Positions 6,932-15,558 of a stretch of DNA of 21,043 nt are shown piece by piece. The DNA is from Deltaproteobacteria bacterium TL4 (GTDB lineage: Bacteria; SAR324; NAC60-12): NCBI GenBank assembly GCA_051382335.1, contig JBBCAX010000335.1:1-21043 (forward strand), read 5' to 3'. The notes below the pieces were generated by a model. It made no database searches, was not told the origin of the DNA, and was given only the letters and a program-made list of their open reading frames with translations. A program made the position numbers and the translations under genes. How positions within the stretch are numbered: position 1 is the first letter of the stretch; each line of letters opens with the position of its first letter.

Positions 6932-8170
6932 TCAATAAGAATAACTCGCCGAGAGCAGCATCGTCGTGGACTCTCGTTCAAAATCCTTAATAATTTTAGG
7001 GTCTCCAAAAATTTGCGCATCTCCTTGTCCTTGGGAATAAATCAGACCCAAGGTCACAGAGGACGTTTTTGAATAGGAGGAATATCCCAAGGAAAAGCCA
7101 TTCATATCCAAATGCTCGTTGTTCCCTGTTCTGGATTTCGAAATTTCCGGTTGATTCGTATTGTTGGTAAACAAACCCATTCTAAAAGCATTGGTGTCAT
7201 CTATAAAAAATTCAGTTCCCAAGGAGAGGTTGATCACATCTTCTAAAGTGTCATCACGCTGCTGAAAAAAATCAATGTCGGCGGCAACCAGGACGAAAGG
7301 TGAGTGAAAGTAAGCGACCCCCATCGAGATCTGCAGGGGAAATTCACGTTTTTCGTCACTACTCGCTTCGTAAACCTGGGAGGATTCCACTACATTGCTG
7401 TTGATGATCAAAGGAAACACTGAAACCTGCTGGAGTTTTGTTTTCGAACTGTTCAGTCCAGTTTGTGTCACCGTAAGTCCCAGCGAAATCTGGTCAATAG
7501 GGCTATATTGAACGCCAACTTTTTGGGTAAGGCCAGATTCATGGGCTTCCAAGTTATAATAATCTGAGACGAAAATGCTGTTCAATTCCACATATTGATA
7601 TTGCTGTAAACGGACTTGGCGAATGAAGGAGTAAAGGGTTAGACCTAGGGAAAACTTGTCATTGACCTTAAAAGCATAGGAAGGGCCGACAAGGTATTGT
7701 GTGTCCTCCGTGTGGACATTGACCGCGTATTGATCTCTAAATCCCTTTGGCGTTTTGACATTCTTAAAAATCTGATCCTGATTCTCAATCACTGATTCGG
7801 GAACAATGTATGAAAATCCAAAAGCATGACGGCCTACTTTTTGGACGAGTCCAAAAAAGTTAGGTAAGGAGGCTTCACTCTCCCTGTCCCAGTCTTTATC
7901 GCCAAAAACATTTTTATACTTTAATTGAGTTTGATGATTGGCGATGGCACTTCCAGAGACGGTACTTCCATAGGCAAAAACCATCCCTGACGGGTTGTAG
8001 TATCCCGCAGACGCATCATCAGAAATCGCGACATAGGCACCGCCCATGGTCGCGGCCCGATCACCCACCAATATATTTTTATAATAATCCTGCGGCCCCG
8101 CTTGTACGGACACGTTCAATCCCACCAAGAATAGAAGTGCCCCTAAGCCTGTGTTTTTAAAGTTTAACAT
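6932..8170 (-). CDS. outer-membrane beta-barrel of the FadL/OmpP1/TodX family
   Basis: Signal peptide (…SVQA), N-terminal plug motif GDRAATMGGAYVAISDDASAGYYNPSG, amphipathic beta-strands, C-terminal YSY. Confidence 0.85.
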   Translation of the reverse strand: MLNFKNTGLGALLFLVGLNVSVQAGPQDYYKNILVGDRAATMGGAYVAISDDASAGYYNPSGMVFAYGSTVSGSAIANHQTQLKYKNVFGDKDWDRESEASLPNFFGLVQKVGRHAFGFSYIVPESVIENQDQIFKNVKTPKGFRDQYAVNVHTEDTQYLVGPSYAFKVNDKFSLGLTLYSFIRQVRLQQYQYVELNSIFVSDYYNLEAHESGLTQKVGVQYSPIDQISLGLTVTQTGLNSSKTKLQQVSVFPLIINSNVVESSQVYEASSDEKREFPLQISMGVAYFHSPFVLVAADIDFFQQRDDTLEDVINLSLGTEFFIDDTNAFRMGLFTNNTNQPEISKSRTGNNEHLDMNGFSLGYSSYSKTSSVTLGLIYSQGQGDAQIFGDPKIIKDFERESTTMLLSASYSY

Positions 8171-9002
8171 AATCTTTGAACCTCTGCTGGTTGGTTTTGC
8201 CTGGAATCTCTTTCAGAGATAATTCAGCTACACGTTGATCGATATATTGAACCCGCTCTTTGACGGAGGGGTGTGTTTTAGACAAGACTTTACCGTCGCC
8301 CTCAGCGTTGAGATTTTTTAAACTCTCAATATAATTTCTATAACTGACGACGTCATAACCCAAAGTGGCCATCATTTCAATTGCCGCTGAATCCGCATCT
8401 CTCTCGTCTTGCTTGTCAACGCCTTCTTCAAACAGCATATTCAGCGCCTTATCGGACAGTTGGTCCATGAGGACCCGTACTGAGCCTGTGGCTCCACTGA
8501 TCAGGCTGGCAAAGGCGGAAGACAAGGATTGATCCTTGCCCTTTATTCCCAATTTATTGACCACATGACGATGATCGATATGGGTAATTTCATGGGCCAA
8601 AACTCCAGCGAGTTGCGCTTCATTGCTCATACGTTGCAGAGCCCCTCTCGTAATGAATATATAGCCCCCTGGACACGCATAAGCATTGACCTCGTCGGCA
8701 TCCAAAACAGCAAAATAATACTTCAGCTCAGGGCGTCCGGTTTGTGCCGCAAGTCCATTGCCAAGTAACGCCACATACCGTGCCAATTGGGCATCTTGGA
8801 CTGTTTTATATTTTCCAAGGATTCGGGCCGCTAAATTTCGGCCAAATTCAATCTCTGTCTGAACATCTGCTTCAGTAAATTTCTGAGCTTTCTGATAAAC
8901 ACGTCTGCGGAAATTTTCTTTGTCTTGTGCCGAACCCAGTTGTGTCCAGCAGCAAAGGACGATGAAAACGGTGATTCCCCTGTTGATGAAAGATGCTTTC
9001 AT
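8157..9002 (-). CDS. exported M48-family zinc metalloprotease
   Basis: Signal peptide; NAYACPGGYIFIT, LAGVLAHEITH (HExxH), ERDAD third ligand, THP...ER. Overlaps the downstream gene by 14 nt. Confidence 0.9.
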   Translation of the reverse strand: MKASFINRGITVFIVLCCWTQLGSAQDKENFRRRVYQKAQKFTEADVQTEIEFGRNLAARILGKYKTVQDAQLARYVALLGNGLAAQTGRPELKYYFAVLDADEVNAYACPGGYIFITRGALQRMSNEAQLAGVLAHEITHIDHRHVVNKLGIKGKDQSLSSAFASLISGATGSVRVLMDQLSDKALNMLFEEGVDKQDERDADSAAIEMMATLGYDVVSYRNYIESLKNLNAEGDGKVLSKTHPSVKERVQYIDQRVAELSLKEIPGKTNQQRFKDYVKL

Positions 9003-9308
9003 TTTTCTACTTTAATTAGCGGTTCACTTATTAAAACAACAAATGGACGATGGTGATAACAAATAACAAACAACCAGTACAACTTGACAAGTATTTTAAA
9101 AAGACTAAATCAGTTTTATCGGTTCTAAAAGGATATGTCAAAACATCAATCAATAAACTTAAGGCTTTTTCATCGTTTTGTCCAAATACCTGTTGTCATG
9201 CATCCTCTCTATTTGTTATAAGAAGTTAGTTATTCTGTAACAGAACCTAAAGATAGTAAATTGTTACCATATTGAAGCAAACCAGAATTGTGAATTTTAG
9301 GGAGTTGC

Positions 9309-10583
9309 ATGGAGAGTGTTTTTGACCAGAAACTTTTTGATGAAAATCAGGAGATTGTCGATTGCTTAAAAGAATTTCGTTTATTCAGTCACTTGAATAA
9401 TGATTATATCACTCAATTGGCTCCCGTCTCTGAGCTTGAAGACTATGAGCCAGGCGATAAAATTCTCGTTGAAGGAGAGCCCAACCATAAGGTTAATTTT
9501 TTACTCAGAGGCATCGTCGGCATCTATGCAGGGAATGAGTTGATTCTGAAACTTCAAAGGCGGGGCGATATTTTTGGAGAAATGAGTATCATCAGTGACA
9601 AACCCTGTTCTGCCTCAGTCATTGCGGAAACCCGAGTCAAAGTTTTCACGATTCATTCCAAATTCATTGGCGGATATACGAATGTTGATAAAGAGAGTTT
9701 AGATGATGTTCTTTATCGTATGTTTGCCATGATTATGACTGAAAAGCTCTCCCTCACTACCCATAAAGCCAAAAAATATGAAGAAACCAACCGTTTGCTG
9801 ACAAAGACCAAAGAACAGCTACAAACGACTTTTAATGATTTACAAAAGGCTCATGAAGAGTTAAAATCCACGCATATTCAATTGGTCCAATCCGCCAAAA
9901 TGGTTTCGTTAGGAGAAATGGCCGCAGGAATCGCGCATGAATTGAACCAACCTTTGACCATTATCAATTCTTTGGTAGAACTGCTAAAAGAAGATCTAAA
10001 AACACTGGCACCCAAGCAATCGCTTGTAGACTTGGAAAAAATTGAGGGACAGGTTGTTCGGGCATCCGTCATTACCAATCATTTGAGAAATTTTGGCAGA
10101 AAATCCTCAAGTGATTTACAGGTCCATCAACTCAATGCCATCATTGAAGAGTCCTTCATTCTGATCAATGAACAGTTGCGCTTGAAAAATATCACGGTGA
10201 ACAAAGAACTGAGCCGGAGTCTTCCCGATATCACCTGTAACAAAAACCAATTGGAGCAAGTGCTCACCAATATAATTGTGAATGCTCGTGACGCTATGGA
10301 ACGCTCAGAACGTAAAGAGCTCACCGTTCGAAGTTTTATGAAAAACAGCACTATTGTTATAGAAATAGAAGATACAGGCACAGGCATTCCTGAAGAAATA
10401 AGGTACAAGATTTTTGATCCTTTTTTTACCACGAAGGACGTTGGACAAGGGATGGGACTTGGATTATCAATCAGTTATCAAATCATCAAACATCATCAAG
10501 GGAAGATTTCTGTGAAAAGCAAACTCAATAAGGGAACAACCTTCCGAATTGAGTTGCCAACCTTGGACTACTCAATCGGCTAA
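9309..10583 (+). CDS. cytoplasmic sensor histidine kinase with N-terminal cyclic-nucleotide-binding (cNMP/CAP_ED) domain
   Basis: cNMP fold with GDIFGEMS; coiled coil; H-box AHELNQPL; N-box NIIVNARDA; DTGTGI, FDPFFTTK, GMGLGL. GGGAG RBS. No transmembrane segment. Confidence 0.93.
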   Translation: MESVFDQKLFDENQEIVDCLKEFRLFSHLNNDYITQLAPVSELEDYEPGDKILVEGEPNHKVNFLLRGIVGIYAGNELILKLQRRGDIFGEMSIISDKPCSASVIAETRVKVFTIHSKFIGGYTNVDKESLDDVLYRMFAMIMTEKLSLTTHKAKKYEETNRLLTKTKEQLQTTFNDLQKAHEELKSTHIQLVQSAKMVSLGEMAAGIAHELNQPLTIINSLVELLKEDLKTLAPKQSLVDLEKIEGQVVRASVITNHLRNFGRKSSSDLQVHQLNAIIEESFILINEQLRLKNITVNKELSRSLPDITCNKNQLEQVLTNIIVNARDAMERSERKELTVRSFMKNSTIVIEIEDTGTGIPEEIRYKIFDPFFTTKDVGQGMGLGLSISYQIIKHHQGKISVKSKLNKGTTFRIELPTLDYSIG

Positions 10584-10592
10584 AGGGCGTTT

Positions 10593-11477
10593 ATGAATAT
10601 TTTATTTATCGATGATGAAGCAGAAATTTGCGATGCGTATTCGCGTCATCTGCATAAGCACGGATACACCGTTCAAACCGCAAATAACGGAGAGGAAGGA
10701 TGGCAAATATTTTCTGCGGCAAGTGATACCTTTGACGTCATTGTTACAGATATCAAAATGCCTGTACTCGGTGGTCTGGAGATGATTCAGAGAATTCGTG
10801 ATGGCAGTTATGAAGTTCCGATCATTGTCATGACGGGGCATGGCGATTTGGACGTTGCGATTCAAGCCTTGAAGTATGGCGCCTTTGAATTTGTTACCAA
10901 GCCCTTCAAGTTCAATCAACTCACGGCTATTCTGGCAAAACTCAAATTGATGCGTATTCCTTTGCAAAAGCAGAAGGACTCCATGAATTTCTATGAAGAA
11001 AAAGTGGAAATTACGATTCCCAGTCAAACCTCGTTGATTGATATGGTCATCTTTCGTCTTCAAAATCAATACCAACCTATTTTCCAACTGTTTAATATCA
11101 ATCATTTTCAAATCAGTGTTTGTTTGAGTGAATCCTTGATGAACGCGATTGTGCATGGAAACCTGGAGATTTCTTCCGAGTTGAAAGAAGAGTCGATGGA
11201 AGCGTTCTTTGATTTAGTCCATGAACGTGAAGCCATGCCTGAATTCGCAAACAAAGTGGTTAAAATATTAGGCTTTCTGAATAAAAATGAGTGTCGTTTG
11301 GAAATTATTGATCAAGGCAAAGGCTTTAATTACGAGAATCTTCCCGATCCTACAGATCCCAGCAGTTTTTTTTCGTCAACAGGACGAGGTCTTTTTTTAA
11401 TTCGACAGTATATGGAAAAAGTCTCTTGGCAAGGCCGTGGAAATCATTTGATTATGAGCAAACTTTTTAACCAATAA
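10593..11477 (+). CDS. response regulator receiver fused to RsbW/SpoIIAB-like anti-sigma serine kinase (HATPase_c_2)
   Basis: REC motifs IDDE, TDIKMP, MTGHG and KPF; kinase motifs ESLMNAIVHGN, DQGKGF and GRGLFLI. Confidence 0.9.
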   Translation: MNILFIDDEAEICDAYSRHLHKHGYTVQTANNGEEGWQIFSAASDTFDVIVTDIKMPVLGGLEMIQRIRDGSYEVPIIVMTGHGDLDVAIQALKYGAFEFVTKPFKFNQLTAILAKLKLMRIPLQKQKDSMNFYEEKVEITIPSQTSLIDMVIFRLQNQYQPIFQLFNINHFQISVCLSESLMNAIVHGNLEISSELKEESMEAFFDLVHEREAMPEFANKVVKILGFLNKNECRLEIIDQGKGFNYENLPDPTDPSSFFSSTGRGLFLIRQYMEKVSWQGRGNHLIMSKLFNQ

Positions 11478-11491
11478 CCTCTAAAGGTCGT

Positions 11492-11980
11492 ATGAAAATA
11501 GGATTAATCTCGGATACTCATGATCATTTGGAACACATCAAAAAAGCGGTGAGTCTCTTCAAGGAGCATCAGGTTTCGTATGTAATCCATGCCGGAGATT
11601 TTGTTAGCCCCGCGGCAATCAAAGCCTTTGAAGGGATTAAACTGATCGGAATATTTGGAAATAATGATGGGGACGCTTTTCGAATGTTGAAGGTAATTCA
11701 GCAACAAGCCGGAGAACTCAAGGGGGATTGCTACACTTTTGAAGAAGAAGGGGTCTCTTTCGCTGTTTATCACGGGACTGAAGAGCCGCTAAAAAACGCT
11801 CTGATCCATTGCGGTCGTTATGATGTAGTCATCTGCGGGCACACGCATCAGGTGGAAGATCAGATGATCGGACAAACACGCTATTTAAATCCGGGAACCG
11901 CCAATGGATTCGGAAAGGCCGGCACGTTCATGATTTATGATACCACCACCCAACAACCTCAACTCTTTAGCCTTGAGTAA
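11492..11980 (+). CDS. YfcE/MJ0936/Vps29-family metallophosphoesterase
   Basis: SDTH, HAGD, GNND, YHG, GHTH and NPG motifs. Confidence 0.92.
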   Translation: MKIGLISDTHDHLEHIKKAVSLFKEHQVSYVIHAGDFVSPAAIKAFEGIKLIGIFGNNDGDAFRMLKVIQQQAGELKGDCYTFEEEGVSFAVYHGTEEPLKNALIHCGRYDVVICGHTHQVEDQMIGQTRYLNPGTANGFGKAGTFMIYDTTTQQPQLFSLE

Positions 11981-12006
11981 CCTTAAAAATCTACCCAAAC
12001 CCATAG

Positions 12007-12366
12007 TTACTTTGACCGTTTTTCGAAAGCTTCTTGCTCGTTTTTACAACTGATACAATAAGTAGTGACAGGGCGAATCATTAAGCGTTCTGTACTGATG
12101 GGCTCCCCGCATTCTTCACATTGACCAAAGCTTCCATTGTCTATACGGTCCAAAGCCTCATCAATTTTTCCAAGCAGTTTTCGCTCACGATCTCTGATTC
12201 TTAAGCTGGTGATATGCTCACTTTCGAGACTTGCGCGATCGGTCGGATCCGGGAACAAGGTACTCTCATTTTGCATATCATGAACGGTAGATACGGTTTC
12301 TCCAAGAATACGGCTTTTCATTTGAAGCAACTGTGCTCTAAAAAACTCAGGCTCAACTCCATCCAT
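12007..12366 (-). CDS. dksA: RNA polymerase-binding transcription factor DksA
   Basis: Coiled-coil tip PDPTDRASLE, LRIRDRERKLLGKI, and C4 zinc finger CEECG...CISCK; GGGAG RBS. Confidence 0.93.
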   Translation of the reverse strand: MDGVEPEFFRAQLLQMKSRILGETVSTVHDMQNESTLFPDPTDRASLESEHITSLRIRDRERKLLGKIDEALDRIDNGSFGQCEECGEPISTERLMIRPVTTYCISCKNEQEAFEKRSK

Positions 12367-12556
12367 ACTCTCTCCCTTTTAAATAAACTGTAAGTGTTAT
12401 AATCTGAAGTGACAATCACTGAAAGATCAGCTTCATGTAACTCAAATCGGATTCTGCAGATTGCGGGATTATCCGAACAAAGATAACTCGCCGTGACTTG
12501 ACGTTTTAACCCTACCAGACTAGCATGAAGTCTTGGTCGTGAAAAGCTTTTTTAAA

Positions 12557-14809
12557 TTAGGTGATTTCCGTTACAAGCGCATTCAAATTCCCTACAATAT
12601 TTCCAACCACGACTACCGCTTCACGTCCTTTTTCAGAACCCTGCTGCGTTTTTTCCGCGGTATGCGCCACTTCATCAATATGACTCGTAATTGCTTTGGT
12701 ACTCTTGGAGGCTTCACCCATTCGGCTGGTGATGTCATGCGTTGTATGCGTTTGTTCTTCAATCGCCGTATAGATTTTTCCGGAAATATCATTCATCTTT
12801 TCAATAATGTCATTGACATTTTGAATGGCCTCAACCGCAAGTTGAGAGTCCTGTTGAATCGCTTTGACTTGAGAAGATATCTTTTTCGTGGCTTCTGATG
12901 TTTGTTGGGCCAACGCTTTGACCTCACGGGCGACCACACCAAAGCCTTTTCCTACATCTCCAGCCCTTGTGGCCTGAATCGTTGCATTGAGCGCAAGAAT
13001 ATTCGTTTGTTGCGCAATCCGGTTAATGAGTTGGACAATGATCCCGATGGACATGGAACTTTTACCTAAGGCCGTGATGATTTCTGAGGCTCGCTGTGAG
13101 GATTGGACGGCTTGTCCCGACATATGCGTGCTTTGAGCGACCAGGGACTCGTTAAAGGTTAAGGTGTTCGCCATTTCTTCGACAGCATTGGCAATGTGAG
13201 TGATGTTGCCCTGTATTTCTTTGGCTTCAACAACCACTAATTGTGTCTCCTGAGAGGTTTTATAGGAACCGGCTGCCAGTTGCTCACTCATATGAAGCAA
13301 GTCATTACTTGCCGCGGCAAGTTGTTGAGAAATCACTTTGACCTGACGTTGAATATATTCATCACGCTCTTTACGCTTCTTTTCAGTGGTAATGATCTCC
13401 CAGGCTAAGGTTGGTCCCAAAAAGGTCTGATGTCCATCATAAACGGCGGTTGCTTCCAGGTGAAGCCACTCATCTCCGATTTGCATTTTAGTAGCGTAAG
13501 GGAGTTGTCTTGGATCCAGCAGGGTGATTCTCAGTTGCTTATCGTGAATGAGCATTTCATAAGAACGATCAATGATGTAATCCGCATCTATGGATAAATA
13601 GCGCTGAAGAGAGGCAAATAATTTTTTTGTAGCAGGATTCATGTATCTTACGATCCCTTTGGCATCCAGCATCATCAGGCTGTTAGGTGCATTTTCAACC
13701 AAGGCATTAGTCCGGGCTAAGGCCCGTTGATGACGTTCTTCTTCTTTGCGACTTCTGTTTTGATTTTCAATCATTTTTTTCAAACCATTCGAAAGTTGTC
13801 CTAAGGCTTGATTTCCAAAATCGGGAGTTTCAATATTTAAATTGCCTTGTCCTACTTGATTGACCACCACCAACAATTCCTGGATGGAATTAATTAACTC
13901 GCTAGATTTTTCCTGTTCTTTAAACCTTAAATCTTCGTCCTCCTTTCTCACAATTCGTATTTCCTCAACCATACTGCGTACGCCATTGGCCAGTTGGCTT
14001 AACAAGGGATCCTGAAAATCTTTAATCTCGATCTCTAAATGTCCTTCGCCAACTTCAGAAAGGGATTTTAATAATTCATTGATGGCATTTTGGAGTTCAT
14101 ACTGTTTTTCCTGGGATGATTTAAGCAGACTATCACTTAAGTCTTTTGATTCTTGCAACATGGAATGAGCTTTTTCCAAGTCGAGTGTTTTTCTGCTCAG
14201 TTGATTGTCAAAGCCCTTGAGTATGAATAAAATAAATAATTGTGTGCTGACAAAAATCATTTCAACAATTACTTTTGCGGGTTTGGTCACGCCTAAAATA
14301 TCTCTGACTTCAGAACCGCTACGCCCTATTTCAGATAAATCCCTGGCCCAGTAATAGGGCAGAAAATCATAGATAAAATCCAGGAACATGACGGAGGTCA
14401 GAACAGAAAAATTCAACACGCCTAAAATGATAGCGTATTTGACGCCTGCAACCAAATAATAGCAAATGCTTAAAAAAATGGACAAGGCGACAATTCCTGT
14501 ACTTACGGACCCCAAGGCCGAGGTCCCCACGCCGATGATGCTGACGACCAAAATAATCTGAGGATATATAGCCAGAGAGGTCTTTTTGCCTTGGTGGACT
14601 TCATGCAGATTAAGGATTGCCAGAACTAATAACATTCCTCCTATCGGCAAAATAAAAGGAAACATGGGTGGCGTTACAAAATAGCTAAGCAAAATCAATG
14701 GAATAAAAAAGAAGCATCCCAACAGATTGATTAAAAAAGTGCGTTCACATAAGTTTAGATTAATAAAATTGGTAATATTTTTAAGCAATCGAATCGCATC
14801 ATCTATCAT
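12557..14809 (-). CDS. methyl-accepting chemotaxis protein (multi-TM N-terminus, two HAMP-like repeats, PAS, signalling domain)
   Basis: IAQQTNILALNATIQATRAGDVGKGFGVVAREVK tip motif; PAS-like ENAPNSLMMLDAKGIVRYMNPA; about six hydrophobic helices at the N-terminus. Confidence 0.9.
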   Translation of the reverse strand: MIDDAIRLLKNITNFINLNLCERTFLINLLGCFFFIPLILLSYFVTPPMFPFILPIGGMLLVLAILNLHEVHQGKKTSLAIYPQIILVVSIIGVGTSALGSVSTGIVALSIFLSICYYLVAGVKYAIILGVLNFSVLTSVMFLDFIYDFLPYYWARDLSEIGRSGSEVRDILGVTKPAKVIVEMIFVSTQLFILFILKGFDNQLSRKTLDLEKAHSMLQESKDLSDSLLKSSQEKQYELQNAINELLKSLSEVGEGHLEIEIKDFQDPLLSQLANGVRSMVEEIRIVRKEDEDLRFKEQEKSSELINSIQELLVVVNQVGQGNLNIETPDFGNQALGQLSNGLKKMIENQNRSRKEEERHQRALARTNALVENAPNSLMMLDAKGIVRYMNPATKKLFASLQRYLSIDADYIIDRSYEMLIHDKQLRITLLDPRQLPYATKMQIGDEWLHLEATAVYDGHQTFLGPTLAWEIITTEKKRKERDEYIQRQVKVISQQLAAASNDLLHMSEQLAAGSYKTSQETQLVVVEAKEIQGNITHIANAVEEMANTLTFNESLVAQSTHMSGQAVQSSQRASEIITALGKSSMSIGIIVQLINRIAQQTNILALNATIQATRAGDVGKGFGVVAREVKALAQQTSEATKKISSQVKAIQQDSQLAVEAIQNVNDIIEKMNDISGKIYTAIEEQTHTTHDITSRMGEASKSTKAITSHIDEVAHTAEKTQQGSEKGREAVVVVGNIVGNLNALVTEIT

Positions 14810-14924
14810 AAGAATACTCAGTCATTTTCAGGTTCAGTCAGAGATTATGCTGGAAACTAGCTACTGTTAATAGACTCTTTACCTCTCAATTTATTATTTG
14901 TAAACTCCTAAAATCATGGCAAGT

Positions 14925-15551
14925 TTAAAAATTATAAAAGATTTGCTCATAGACTTTTTGAGAAAACACTTTGGTTAGTTCTTCAATTCCGCGATTCAGG
15001 GTAAACGACGTGATTCCGGTTGCTTGTTCTTTTTCTTCGTAAAAAATAGTATCCTGAGCCACTACCCTAATTTCCCACAAGATCTTCCCTGTTTTTTGAT
15101 GTTCCAACGAAACTTTGCCTGTAAGCGATAATTTAAACTCAGATTGTTGACCTTCCGTGGTAACAACTTCTGTTCCCGTATCGAGCGCGGTCAGTTTGAT
15201 ATGTAAGATCAAATCCGCCTCAGCGGGAGAGACCAACCGGATGGACCGGTTATTTCTTAATTGACTTCTTAGCTGAACAATCAGACTGGTATCCAAACCC
15301 GCTTGAAAGGTTTGATTCTGTATTGGCAGGATGGCTAGGGTTTGTGATTTTAAGGGAAGCGCCGGATTGCTCCCTTCCAGGCTATAGCCACAACCCCCCA
15401 ATAAAGCCATGAAGCTTAAGCAACATAGCGCGTTTCCAGCAAACTTCAAAAACAAGAGCCTGTTACTCAGGGGGGAAGGTGGATTTGGACTTCTTTTTAT
15501 GTTCCATAAAAGTTGAAGTATCGAGATAGCGTCAAACATTATTCGTAGCAA
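14925..15551 (-). CDS. lptE: LPS-assembly lipoprotein LptE-like; true start probably downstream of 15551
   Basis: Lipobox LLGG|CGY, LAILPIQNQT, ADLILHIKL, TGKILW, C-terminal helix. Confidence 0.7.
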   Translation of the reverse strand: MLRIMFDAISILQLLWNIKRSPNPPSPLSNRLLFLKFAGNALCCLSFMALLGGCGYSLEGSNPALPLKSQTLAILPIQNQTFQAGLDTSLIVQLRSQLRNNRSIRLVSPAEADLILHIKLTALDTGTEVVTTEGQQSEFKLSLTGKVSLEHQKTGKILWEIRVVAQDTIFYEEKEQATGITSFTLNRGIEELTKVFSQKVYEQIFYNF

Positions 15552-15558
15552 AGCCTGG

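Noticed and set aside
9034..9076. AACAAAT-like short tandem repeats
   Set aside because: Only two or three degenerate units in AT-rich DNA, so probably low complexity.
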